A DNA stretch of 64,000 nucleotides from Octopus sinensis. Its lineage: Eukaryota. Both the position numbers and the translations under genes were made by a program. This document shows positions 52,019-64,000 of this stretch, in pieces (position 1 is the first letter of the stretch; each line of letters begins with the position of its first letter). The notes under the pieces are model-generated. The model did no database searches. It saw nothing but the letters and a program-made list of their open reading frames with translations, and had not been told where the DNA came from. The stretch spans positions 248,001 to 312,000 of the forward strand of contig NC_043020.1 of NCBI RefSeq assembly GCF_006345805.1, given 5' to 3'.

Positions 52019-52949
52019 TATATATTGATATTTATATTACTTGCATCTGTCTCTGTTGCATAACATAATCAACATATCTCCTACTTTAAAGAAAAAAAAA
52101 CTACAAATCTGTATTCATTAGTCTGATTCAACCTCAAAATCAATTTTTAAAAAAATAAATTTTTTTTTCTTTATAGCATAACTATTTTACCTGCATTGTA
52201 CTTGCTGTATGTACACTTTTATTCAATTTGAAACGCTGACAGTAACAGCTGTTTTTCAAGCAGGTAACCTGACTGAGGTAAGCATGTAATTCTCTCAGCT
52301 GTGAGGAATGGCAATGCAATGATACTTAGTTCAACTAGTACTTAGTTTGACACATTTGAATTTATGATTTTTCTGTTGTTTGTAGTTAAGCATTTTTATA
52401 AGTGAAAGCCCACTAAGCCACCTCTATGCGTACATATATATATATTTGAGATGTGCATTCTTTTAGCCTTTTATTAGATTCTGTATTTGAATGTGACCAT
52501 CGCCATGAAGGTTTTGTGTCTTTCTTTTCATCCAGGTCCTATTGAACCCCTGTACATGTATGAGCGTTATTGTGTTTTATTGTACTAAATGACTAAATTA
52601 TAGGACATATACAATACAATATAAACAACAACACTGGTGTAAGCCTGCATGAGCATACACACACTTCAGCATAATTACCATGTACTTAATTCTACTCTAC
52701 AACTAGGCCTATAGAAGACCCTTACCCATATCAGACCTGGAATCAGGCAGTTCTAAAATAAACTTCTTTGCCATATAGCTATGCTTCTAGCTATTGTGTA
52801 TGTGTGTGTGTTTACACAGACACATTATTCATGAGTGTGAACTTGTTGATAATATCATGTAAGACTTACTGTGTTATTGTGCATACTTCATAACTGTTTC
52901 GCTTATGATGTGACTAAATATTATGATGTAGCAGTATATATTAATGTGT

Positions 52950-53182
52950 AAGGCGGCGAGCTGGCAGAGTGGTTAGCACGCCGGGCGAAATGCTTTGCGG
53001 TATTTCGTCTGCCATTACGTTGTGAGTTCAAATTCCGCCGAGGTCGACTTTGCCTTTCATCCTTTCGGGGTCGATAAATTAAGCACCAGTTACGCACTAG
53101 GGTCGATGTAATCGACTTAATACCTATATCTATCCTTGTTTGTCCCCTCTGTGTTTAGCCCCTTGTGGGTAATAAAGAAATA
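52950..53182 (+). mobile_element. Young Nin/Deu-like SINE with 17-bp TSD
   Basis: AAGGCGGCGAGCTGGCAG head. TSD AGTATATATTAATGTGT at 52933-52949 and 53183-53199. Confidence 0.92.
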
Positions 53183-53339
53183 AGTATATATTAATGTGTT
53201 GTGTGTGTACATGAATATATGTATATTGGGTAATCCCATAAATAATGTGGGTTTTTATATTTCTTTTATTTTTCAAAATTCAGATTAACAAAGTTCTTTT
53301 TTATCTAAAATATACTCTCCATTGTCCGTGCTGTGTATA

Positions 53340-53536
53340 TTCTTTTATTCTTTTGTTTCAGTCATTTGACTGCGGCCATGCTGGAGCACCGCCTTTAGTC
53401 GAGCAAATCGACTCCAGAACTTATTCTTTGTAAGCCTAATACTTAGTCTATCGGTCTCTCTTGCCGAACCGCTAAGTGACGGGGATGTAATCATGCCAGC
53501 ATCAGTTGTCAGGTGTTGTTGGAGGGACAAACACAA

Positions 53537-53606
<70 letters not shown>

Positions 53607-53770
53607 AACAGGCTTCTTTCAGTTTCCGTCTACCAAATTCACTCACAAGGCTTAGGTCGGCCCAAGACTATAGTAGAAGACACTTGCCCAAGGTGCCACA
53701 TAGTGGGACTGAACCCAGAACCATGTAGTTTGTAAGCAAGCTACTTACCACACAGCCTCTCCTGTGCCTG
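53340..53770 (-). mobile_element. CORE-like SINE, full length
   Basis: Same family; expanded central (TA)n. Confidence 0.9.
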
Positions 53771-53904
53771 TATATATAAATTGTTGCTGTAAAATGATAT
53801 ATTCATGCCTCGCTGTTACAATGTTATTTCATGCATATTTCATTGTTATGATGTCAAGTTGTATACATACCTTGAAACTATGACATAAACAAAATATTAG
53901 TTTC

Positions 53905-54105
53905 GAATTTTGACACAAGGCCAGCAGGTTCAGGAGAAGGGGTAAGTTGATGATGTCAACCCCCAGCGTTCAACTTGTACCTAGTTTGACACAGAAAGGA
54001 TGAAAGGCAAAGTCACCCCAAGTGGCATTTGAACTCAGAATATAAAGTTGGAAGAAATGCCTCTAAGCATTTTTACTGGCATGGTAAGGACCCTGCCAGT
54101 TCATT
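53905..54105 (-). mobile_element. Nin/Deu-like SINE, diverged
   Basis: ACAAGGCCAGCAGG...AAAGGATGAAAGGCAAAGTCACC...GAACTCAGAAT. Confidence 0.7.
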
Positions 54106-54869
54106 GCCTTCTGACATAACAAAACATTATGTAGGTACCTTGAGGAAACAAAAGCAGTCAAGAACGGTAAACAGCTGTGATATTCTATATAGTCAATACT
54201 TGCATTGCTGAGCTTAGATATTCTCTTATGAGGCGAAATCTGAATTAAACCGATTTTCTTCTACCATCCACAGGAGGGTGGGGGATTTTCAATTACATAC
54301 CTTCTTGGAACTACTCAGAATTCATTCCAACACACTACAATATCATCTGCTAATGGCACCAGAAAAAGAGAGAGAGAGAGAAGAAAGGGTGTCGGTGGGA
54401 GTTTAGACAAAGATCGAAGTTGATTTCTTTCTTTTCCCCCACTTCTCACACCTCCTGCACTAATGCCCCAGAAAAAAAAAAAAAATTTTTCTTTTTGTTA
54501 AATGGAATGACTTTCCAGTTGCATATAATTGAATTTTTCTTCTTCGTTACACTATTATTCATGACCAGGCTAATGATCAATTAGCACTTGTATCATATCA
54601 TGCGTTGCACATAGTATTGTGTGTCCTGATGCAAAGTCATTACATTCTACCTGCCTATGTACCTGACTTTACAGTACAGTGACAAAATCAGAAAAAAGTA
54701 GATTAAAGATAAATTAGAAAATGGATTTAACGACCAGGCATCATAATGTGGGAAATATATTGGCATTACACTAACCGTCTTGTCAGAGAAGGAGGGTGAG
54801 ACGGAAATACTTGTGAAAATCTGATTTATTTTCATGTCAGTGGGATCTCATATATAATTTTTTTTTATC

Positions 54870-55092
54870 TCTTACTTGTTTCAGTCATTAGACTGTGGCT
54901 GTATACTGTGTCACCAGGTTGAAGAATTTTTAGTTGAATGAATTGGCTCCAGTACTAATTTCTTTTAATTGTCGTACTTATTCCATCAATCTCTTTTGTC
55001 AAACAGCTGAAGCTAAGTTACAAGGACGTAAACACACTAACATAGGTTGTCAAGCAGTGGTGGGGATCAAGCACAGATGCAAAGACACACAC

Positions 55093-55138
<46 letters not shown>

Positions 55139-55536
55139 TGGTGGCACATAAAAAGCACCAACTGATTGTGGCAACTGCCAGCCTCGCCTGGCACATAAAA
55201 AGCACCCACTACACTCTTGGCGTGGTTGGCGTTAGGAAGGGCATCCAGCTGTAGAAACACTGCCAGATCAGACTGGAGCCTGGTGCAGCCTCCTGGCTTC
55301 CCAGACCCTGGTCAAACCGTCCAACCCATGCTGGCATGGAAACGGATGTTAAATGATGATGATGATGATGATGTGATGGGCTTCTTTCTGTTTCTATCTA
55401 CCAGATTCACTCAGAAGGCTTTGGCTGGCTCAAGGCTATAGTAGAAGATGCTTGCTGAAGGTGTCATGCAGTGGGACTGAACCCAGAACCATGTGGTTGG
55501 GATGCAAGCTTCTTACCACACAGCCATGCCTGCACC
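54870..55536 (-). mobile_element. CORE-like SINE with an RTE tail (55137-55372, +) inserted in its central microsatellite
   Basis: SINE 3' half at 54870-55095, (TA)n, RTE tail ending (TGA)n, then SINE 5' half at 55378-55536. Confidence 0.8.
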
Positions 55537-55600
55537 TATTTTGTGAAATCCCCTTTTTTCTTACCTAATATACATTTGAAAATATATTTGTCATATTATA

Positions 55601-55765
55601 GGCACAGGTGTGACTGTGTGGTTAAGAACCTTGCTTCCTAATCATGTGGTCTTGGATTCAGTCCTACTGCATTGCACCTTAAGCAAATGTCTCCTACTAT
55701 AACCCTGGGCTGACTAAAATCTTGTAAGTGGATTTGATTGACAGCATCTGAAAGAAACCTGTGAT
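55601..55765 (+). mobile_element. CORE-like SINE 5' half
   Basis: GGCACAGGTGTGACTGTGTGGTTAAG...CCTTAAGCAAATGTC. Confidence 0.75.
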
Positions 55766-55879
55766 ATGTAAACACGCACACACACACACACTCACACACA
55801 CAAATATATGTATACACACAGACACCTCAGAAGTAGACTCCATTTGTGAAAGGTTTTTTTTTTCTAGAAAGGAAATGTT

Positions 55880-56107
55880 ATTCGATGCATTCAAATATTT
55901 GATGTGTCAAATGAAATGCTTACTTATTCACATTGTTTCAAATTAATCATACATTATCTCACGGCTTCAAGATTTGGGTGATGTGATTGTTTATTTTTAT
56001 AATGACATTGTAGGGGAGGTGCGAGAAGCTAGATCTGGTCCATTTGAGTCTCCAAAAGGCAGACTGTTTGGGCTGGATATGGCGAGTTTTAAATGTTAGA
56101 GGGTGAA
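55880..56107. mobile_element. piggyBac-type MITE family B, old copy with eroded ends
   Basis: Internal TTATTCACATTGTTTCAAATTAATCATACATTATC...AATGACATTGTAGGGGAGGTGCGAGAAGCTAGATCTGG matches family B. Confidence 0.65.
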
Positions 56108-56500
56108 ACAATGGCAATGATATATTATTAATATAATTTGTCCTTTGTTATTTGAGTTTTTTTGTTTTTAAGTCTCAAGTTTTATGTTACCCATCAATTT
56201 TCATCCCCTGATGTTTGGTCTTAAACTTCTTGTATTATTCATGAGTAAATATTGTATATAATCTAATGGAAATGTGGGTGTCAAATGCCGAAAATAGAAC
56301 ATATTTTTTGTAATTTACTTATTTATTTCTCTAATGTATGTGTGTGTGTGCATGCATGCATGTATATATGTATGTATATGGGTGTGCATGTGTGTATATA
56401 TATATGTATACACACACATTATATATATATGATTGATTCTAGTTTCAGCTCACAAGCTGTGGCCATGCTGGGGCACCGCCATTTAAAAAAATCTACCCTG

Positions 56501-56534
<34 letters not shown>

Positions 56535-56537
<3 letters not shown>

Positions 56538-57115
56538 TCATCATCATCATCATTTAACATCCGTTGTCCATGCTGGCATGGGTTGGACAGTTTGACCAGA
56601 GCTGGTAAGCTGAGGAGCTGCATCAGACTCCAGTTTCATTTGGTGTGGGTTTTTTAAAGGCCAGATGTCTTTCCTAATGCCGACCACTCCGAGAGTATAA
56701 TTGGTACTTTTATGTGCTGCCAGCATGAGTGTCAGTTGTGTGACACTGTTAGCTGCCACAACTATCATTACACTTAGCTTGATGGGTCTTCTACTCAAAC
56801 ACAGTATTCTGCTGAAGGTCTCAGTTATTTGTCATTGCCTGCATGAGGCCCAACGCCCAAAAGGTGCTTTTTACAAGCAACACCAGCCTTGGCCACATTG
56901 CCTCCGTGAGCCCCATCGCTTGACACGGATACCTGTTATGTGACACCAGCATCAGCCACAACTACGATTTCACTTGGCTTGACAGGTCTTCTCAAGCACA
57001 GCAGATTGGTAAAGGTCTTTGTCACTAGTCATTGCCTCCTTGAGACCCAACATTCGAAGATCATGCTTATGTCTTCCTGGATCTACCCCTTCCACAGGTT
57101 CCTTCTACCATTAGA
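56535..57115 (-). mobile_element. RTE LINE 3' fragment (ORF2 end plus 3' UTR, internal duplication)
   Basis: Minus strand GTCGRGRSRKT, typical of the RTE ORF2 end, then the UTR and (TGA)n tail. Confidence 0.75.
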
Positions 57116-57189
57116 AATCAGCGCTTGCTTACACATATAATTATATATGTAAATGTGTGTGTAAATACACACACACACACATATATTCA

Positions 57190-57233
<44 letters not shown>

Positions 57234-57310
57234 TTCTTTTTCCCATATTGGTGCTTCAGAATGACCACAGCTGCATGTCTGAAATGAATAAAAGGATAAA
57301 AGAATATGTA

Positions 57311-57358
<48 letters not shown>

Positions 57359-58439
57359 TATATATGTGTATGTATGAATGTATGCATCTTTATGTGCATA
57401 CATGTATGTATGTATACATGTGTGTGTGTGAGTATTTGCCTGTAAGGAAACAGCATGCAGATATTCCATATACCTCTTTTGTTGTGCATGTAACGAACAA
57501 TAAATGTGTGTGTGTGTGGGGTGGAGGGTGGCAGCAATAACTAAATGTCAGAACTAAATTTATTTCGATGACCTGTTTTAGTGCTCTAACTACACGTCAA
57601 ATTACGGATAAAATTCAAATTAAAAATGAATTGTTTTCATTAATTTTATTCCCTTTTCTAAACTTTGTGTTTACTTCCACTTTTATTAACTACCCCCCAC
57701 CTCTCCCTCTTTCTCTTTTTTTCCTTCTTTCTCTCTCATGTCTTGTCTCCAATAAATTTTTAATTATTCAAAAATTCTTTTTACTTTGTTATATTTTTTT
57801 TTATTCTTTCAGTGTTTGCCTTGTTCGTAAATATAAGACTTTAAAACAAGAACATCCTCATATTTTGTTTTTGGGGTTTTGTATGTGTGTGTGTGTGTGT
57901 GTGTGTATGTTTGAATCTTTTTTTTAATTTTTACTCCTTTCTTCTTTGTAAATGTCTTCATTAAATGATGTTCAGGTTTCATAATGTATATAATTGTCAA
58001 TAGTGGTGGTCGTAGACACGGTATTAAAGGCTGTAAAAGAAAATAACCAAATGACTTTTAATGATTTGTTTATTTTCAATGTTTGGAGCTAAACAAAACT
58101 GATGTGATCACAAAATACACACCCACACACACACACATACACACACACACATATACACCCACATGCAGTTTTAATTGTTCCCTGGGAATTTTAAATAAGA
58201 TCTCTGCAAGCGCCAAATAAATTGGAAGATGTGCTGAGCTGTCTTATTGAATGAAATATTTGCAGATGTTCATAATGTACCTAAAGATTTAAATAGTTTC
58301 TCTGTCAGCTTTAATAATGAACATTCCAGTTATTCAGCCAACTACACTACCTCTTCACTGAACTGGTGTTCAGGTGGCTGAGTATTCCATAGGCACAGTG
58401 TATTACAAGGCTGAATTTCAGGAACAGTTTCTGCACATT

Positions 58440-58590
58440 TTCTATCTACCCAGTTGCATTCACAATGCTTGATTCAATCTGAGGCCATTCCAAAAGCTGC
58501 TTGAGATGCTGCACAGCAGGATTGATCCCATGATCTCATGATTGCAAAGTAGACTTCTTAACCATTTGACTTTGACTGCATCTTCTATGC
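58440..58590 (-). mobile_element. CORE-like SINE 5' part, diverged
   Basis: GATTGATCCCATGATCTCATGATTGCAAAGTAGACTTCTTAACCATTTGAC. Confidence 0.55.
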
Positions 58591-58853
58591 AAATGTGCAC
58601 ACACACACACACACACACCAGATGTATATTGACATGCATGTGCATCAATGTATCAGATGTACATGGACATGCTCGTGTGCACATGTGCACACGTGCTGTT
58701 TCTATGGAGAAAACATTACCAATGGCTGACTTCTTCAAAGAGGGATGGAAATGTTTTGTTTTGTTTTTTGTTGGTTTTTTTTACAATTTTTTTTGCATTG
58801 TATTTTATATATAAGCAACATCAAAATGAAATTACTGCTATGCCATACCTTAA

Positions 58854-59073
58854 TCCTTTAGCATTCGGATTACTATGCCAAATGTAATGCTTATTTATTC
58901 ACATAGCTTTCAGTTGATCACGTGTTATCTTGTGGCTTTGAGATTTTGATGATATGATTGTATATTTTTAGCATGACATTGTAGGGTAGGTGTGAGAAAA
59001 TAGATCTGTCCAGTTTGAACATAAGACAAACAGAATATTTAGACCAGATATGACCGGTTTAAATGCTAAATGG
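58854..59073. mobile_element. piggyBac-type MITE family B (220 bp)
   Basis: TTAA|TCCTTTAGCATTC...AATGCTAAATGG|TTAA. Confidence 0.8.
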
Positions 59074-59099
59074 TTAAAGATATAAGTATGAGATATAAT

Positions 59100-59315
59100 A
59101 AAAATTGTCAAGGAAGTACTTGCCATACTAAATACAAATCCAGTTGATCACTTGAGATTATCTGTGTAATTAGGCAGACACCTTTTTTATAATTGAACTG
59201 GATGTTAGTTTAACATATATGCAAAATTTCATCAAGATTGGTTCACTGGTGTAGGCAGCAAGATGGTAACAGGCAAATCAACAGACAGAAATTGCCATTT
59301 ATGTATAAGATTATG
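59100..59315 (+). mobile_element. Possible Helentron-associated (HINE/DINE-1-like) 3' end
   Basis: GCAAAATTTCATCAAGATTGGTTCACTGGTGTAGG...ACAGACAGAAATTGCCATTTATGTATAAGATT resembles HINE 3' termini (from memory). Confidence 0.4.
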
Positions 59316-59431
59316 TTTGCATTTACACCTATCTTAACACATACACCTGGTATTATCTAAATTAGAATACTTATAAATCAAAGGAGATAAATATATACTT
59401 TTTATATTAGTCAGACTGGTGTTTTCATCTT

Positions 59432-59483
59432 GATCGTTGCTTTTGCGGTTTTGGCTTTTGTATGCTCTGGCCTTCTTCAGGTG
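59432..59483 (-). ncRNA. Degenerate hammerhead-like motif
   Basis: Minus strand CTGAAGA-A-GGC...GCC-AAAAAC; GAAA box decayed. Confidence 0.3.
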
Positions 59484-60525
59484 TTTTATGTTGAACTCAA
59501 GTGTTGTATCAGAATTTCAAACCCATCCATCAGGGTACATTTTTCTCATACTGCTCTCTGCATTTCATGATGGTTTTTTTTCTTTTTGCTTCAGTTTATG
59601 TTTTTGTGAATTACTTTAGTGCCTTGCCTAGAATTGAACTCAGCACCTCTAGGTGACTGCACTGCATTAACCAATGTCTTTATCTACTATGCTATACCTG
59701 AGCTCAACACGAGACATCTGAAGAAAGTTGGAGCATACAACAGCTGAAAGATGGTGAAAATAGCAACCAAGAGGGACACCAGTTTGACTAATATAAACAG
59801 TACACATAATATAAATCCCTTGTCTCAAATGCAGAATTGAGATAAATGTAATTCTTCCATTGCCAAACTTATTGTTTTTAATTTAAAACCTCTCAATCCA
59901 GACAATAATAGAATCGGCTTAAAAGTAGCATAATAGCCAAAAATTTAAGAAGACCGAAATAAACATATAAAAGTTTAACCATATAAAAAGTCATTTTATA
60001 AACTCAAAGACAATCGACAGAGATCAGTGAATAAATATTTTGCAAGATGGTAACAAAAGACTCTGATACAAATGAAAGAACTAAAAAAAAGTGAATGGGC
60101 AGTGAGTATGTGTTTAATTATTGGCGAAGATGACTGTTCTAAAACTCAGCGATAGTTGTTTCAACACCCATTTTTAGATTAAAATTTGTGCAACATATTT
60201 CGTACGCTTTTGTTTTCAGTACATTAAACTCATACACTTGAATATTCTCTATTCCATTGTCTTGTATTATTTCTATAACAAATAGGTTTCATGCATTTTT
60301 GCATCAATATTTTCTCTGTGTATGTATGTAAATATATCTACTTGCAATTCTATCATTTGTTTCCCCCCCCCCTTATACAAAATTCAGAAGCAACATCCGC
60401 TTCTGATTATTCGTAGTTACTTGATGAGTTTACAATGAGTAAATCATAAAACTTAGACATTTTGCAAACGCTTTAAAACATGGCTTGTTTAACCTGTTAA
60501 AACATTATGCTGCATCAGTCTTCTT

Positions 60526-60561
<36 letters not shown>

Positions 60562-61199
60562 TCTCTCTCTCCTCCTCCCCTTATTATATGTTTTATGTGT
60601 GTGAGTGTGCTGGTTCGAAAATCATTGGAAGTTGGCTGTGCACATAAATTCCGAGTTTGTTAAATAAACAAATGGACTTTTTGACAGGTCCTGGGTGATG
60701 ATTTTCGTTTTCTTTTTTTTTTTTGCTTTTCTTTTTTTTTCTTTTTTCCATCTGATTATGATACTCAAGAGAAACACTATTTCTTCCTCTCAAATTAAAA
60801 TCGAATTGCTCTTGGCATATATCCACATTCTAAACAAATAAGCTTTCTCAAACACAGTCATGGTTCAGTGGTAAAATAGATTTGTTAAGTTTTTGTTCTG
60901 TTAAAGTTGCTTCTGAGACATAATAGTTACAATGTCAAATTCGGAAGCGTATGGACAAGCAACTGTTTACAAAGCCAACAAACATATTGGCAGAATGTTT
61001 AAAACTGATAAAGGTTTCTCTCGCTTCTCTTTTTTTCTTCTTTTTTTTTTTTAATTATTTCTGTTGGTGTTCTTGTTAAATATTAATGAAGCAACAGAAA
61101 TGGCTGAGTGCAGCACTAAATATAAAATGACTTTGCTACATTTACTTACTTACATTCTGATTTCAAATCCCACCAAGTTTAACTTTCACTTTCATTCTT

Positions 61200-61790
61200 C
61201 CAGTGTTGGTGGCTGTGTAGTAAGAAGTTCGTTTCCCAGCCACGTGGTTTGAGGTTCAGTCCCACAGTGTGGTACTGTGGGCAAGTGTGTTCTACTATAG
61301 CCTAAGGCTGACCAAAGCCTTGCAGGTGGATTTGGTAAACAGAAACTGAAAGAAGCCTAAGATGGCAAGCTGGCAGAAACGTTAGCACACCAGACGAAAT
61401 GCTTACTGATATTTCGTCTGTCTTTACGTTCTGAGTTCGGTTTCCGCCGAGGTCGACTTTGCCTTTCATCCTTTCGGGGTCGATAAATTAAGTACCAGTT
61501 ACGCACTGGGGTTGATATAATCAACTTAATCCACTTGTCTGTCCTTGTTTGTCCCCTCTATGTTTAGCCCCTTGTGGGCAATAAAGAAATAAGAAACTGA
61601 AAGAAGCTTGTCATATGTATTTATATATTTGTGTGTGTGTGTCTTTGTGAATATATTTGTCCTCCACTGCTGCATGACAACAGCTGTTGTTTTGTTTACA
61701 TCCTCATAACTTAGCAATTCATCAAAAAAGACCAATAGAATAAGTACCAGGCTTAAAAAAAAATATCTACTGGGGCTGAGTTGTTTGAAT
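61200..61790 (+). mobile_element. CORE-like SINE hosting a young Nin-like SINE (61357-61591)
   Basis: The insert is flanked by a 16-bp TSD AGAAACTGAAAGAAGC (61341-61356 and 61592-61607), which is host SINE sequence. Confidence 0.88.
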
Positions 61791-62790
61791 AAACTTCATA
61801 AGGTGGTGTTCCAGGGTGGCTACGGTCCAGTGATGGAGACAAGTAAAAGAGAGAAGATAACGTGCTTGGCTCAGTTTAGAACTGTAGTACACTATTCACC
61901 TTCTAATGAACTAATTGTGTTTTGTTGCTGGGTGGGGGATAAGGGGGTTGACTTTGTCTTTCTTCCAGTGTTGATAACATACATATCAATAATACATTGG
62001 GCTTAATTCAGAATTGTGGTGCTCTTCTGTATAAGATTCAATTTTGACTGTCAGTGAACAGAGTTCAGTTGTTAGGTGGTCGTGGTGGTGATGGTTGTAG
62101 ATCAGCATTGCTTTTTATTCTTACAGCTATCCAAAAAAAAAAAGAAAAAGAAAAAGAGACCAAATAAACGAGGTCTCGCATACACAATGCAGTGAGCTCA
62201 CCTAAAAGTTTTAATTGATTAAAATTACAGGAATAATAAAGAAAAATACTAGCATTAATAATAACGCTTGTCAAGAAAAGCAAGGGAGACAAATACGAAA
62301 TCATAATTGATGAAATATTGAATGAGGGTGGTGGGGGTCATGTGTCAGAGGAGTGGGCTCAGTCTTTAGTAAGTACAGTGGCAACTTTTCAAAGGAGTTG
62401 GCATTACATTAATAATAGCATGTCAGTTCTGATGCCATTTATTTAGATTTATTTCTCTACTTTCTAACGACATATTCTGCCAGGTTTAAACTTTACTTTC
62501 CATTCATCCAAGGTTCATTAATCTACCCTGTTGAGCAAAGTTGAGCAAGTTTAGCTACTTGACTAGCAAGCAGTACATTATTACATTTATTGATTTGCAG
62601 CAGTGTGAATGAGAGAAACAATGTCCACGATTTATCAACCAAAGGAACCAAGGTGATTCGAATTTCCAGGAACAGGAATCATGTAGCTTTTGTTTTCTGC
62701 TTTCCTCCACAATGCACTGTCATCGTCACCATCACCAACTGACTGCAACTTGTGCTTGTGTTGGGCCTGACAACAGGTGTGCCACATTAC

Positions 62791-62862
62791 CTGTTGCATT
62801 GCCAGTGCCCTGAAATTATCAGCAGTCACAGCAGCCTTGTCTTCCATCAAAGTTTTGACCAT
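62791..62862 (-). CDS. Candidate first coding exon MVKTLMEDKAAVTADNFRALAMQQ (exon 62791-62955), product unknown
   Basis: Acceptor TACTTTTTACAG before 62955, 93-nt UTR with stops in all frames, Kozak-like AAAACCATGG, donor CAG|GTAATG at 62790. Unique sequence; no homolog recognised. Confidence 0.35.
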
Positions 62863-62989
62863 GGTTTTGGAAGAGTATCACAGGCAAGTTGTAGCTATCT
62901 TCTTACTAATTTATTGGTCATTTGGGAATCAAGACCGGATTGCAGACTTGACTAGCTGTAAAAAGTATTTATCAATAATAATTCTCTCT

Positions 62990-63430
62990 AATTTTGGCAC
63001 AAGGCCAGCAATTTTGAAGGGAGGGTGAAAATCCTCGGTGTGTCTGTTTCGGCAACCAACGGCTCCTCAGTCGTTCTGTCTCTGCATGTGCGGACAATCT
63101 GCGGCAAACAGGATGTCTCTACATGTTGGGGATTGTTGGGGACCGCTTGTGAAATTCATATTCCCACGAAACTTCTTCCACTGCCATGGTTCAAGATGCC
63201 TCGAGGGTGGGAGAAGAAGCTGACTCAACCTACCCAGGGTGAATGTCGCCACAAGTACAAGTAAGTTACATTGACCCCAGTTTTCAACTGGTATTTATTT
63301 GATTGACTGAAGAGATAAAGGCAAAGTCAACTCCAGTGCAGTTTGAACCCAGAAACACAGAGAGCTAGAAGCAATGTTGTCAAGCATTTCGTTTGGTGCA
63401 TAACAATTCTGACAGCTCACCACCTTAATA
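62990..63430 (-). mobile_element. Nin/Deu-like SINE split by a ~230-bp GC-rich insertion (63030-63265)
   Basis: CACAAGGCCAGCAATTTTGAAGGGAGGG...[insert]...TTACATTGACCCCAG...AGGCAAAGTCAACTCC. Confidence 0.7.
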
Positions 63431-63737
63431 TTCACAGAAATAACAAAATGTTGATAAAGCACTGATATAGGCACAGCCATGGCTGTATGGGTCAGCACTA
63501 GCTTTACAACCCAAATGGCTTTTGGTTCAATTGCACATATTTTCAATGGTCAGATGCACTCCCTGTTGCCTGTTCCTACCTGTTTTCTAAATGAGGCTGT
63601 TTTTTCTTTTCAATTTATCCTCACATATCGAAAGCAGAATCTATACCACTGTTTGCTTATGAGGCATTGTAAACAAAGATGCCACTTTTACCCAGATAGT
63701 GTTAGTGAGGACACATGGAATGTCATTCACGCACACA

Positions 63738-63757
63738 CAAGCACACTTTATATACAT

Positions 63758-63827
<70 letters not shown>

Positions 63828-63950
63828 ATATATATATATATATAATATATATATATATATATAATATATACATGTATATATATATATGTATGTATATATA
63901 TATATATATACATGTATATATATATATGTATATATATATACATGTATATA

Positions 63951-64000
<50 letters not shown>
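63738..64000. repeat. (TA)n tract
   Basis: Direct inspection. Confidence 0.95.

Noticed and set aside
52950-53050. tRNA-like sequences with A and B boxes
   Set aside because: They are SINE heads continuing into SINE bodies, with no complete cloverleaf or independent terminator.

Overview
AT-rich, microsatellite-saturated eukaryotic DNA. The repeat content matches what I recall from coleoid cephalopods (octopus), but that assignment is from memory and not from a search. The repeats include tRNA-head CORE-like SINEs, Nin/Deu-like SINEs, RTE-type 3' tails ending in (TGA)n and (TA)n/(AAT)n seas. No protein-coding gene can be identified with confidence, so this looks like a large intron or intergenic region. 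Almost all ORFs in the track are microsatellite or transposon artefacts. Well-supported content: a near-full-length decayed R4/Dong-clade LINE (11.85-15.5 kb) flanked by (TAA)n and hit twice by one MITE family; an internally deleted DD37D (maT) Tc1/mariner element; two families of ~220-bp TTAA-flanked piggyBac-type MITEs; dozens of SINEs and RTE tails, many nested with visible TSDs; and five hammerhead-ribozyme-like motifs in Penelope-like relics. The most interesting unexplained items are a ~490-bp imperfect palindrome at 18.75-19.24 kb, head-to-head SINE pairs (possible dsRNA/ADAR substrates), a compact CpG-rich multi-hairpin element at 49.46 kb and a few weak exon candidates. I do not see a confidently novel multi-gene system. 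Boundaries of diverged repeats are approximate (about +/-20 bp).
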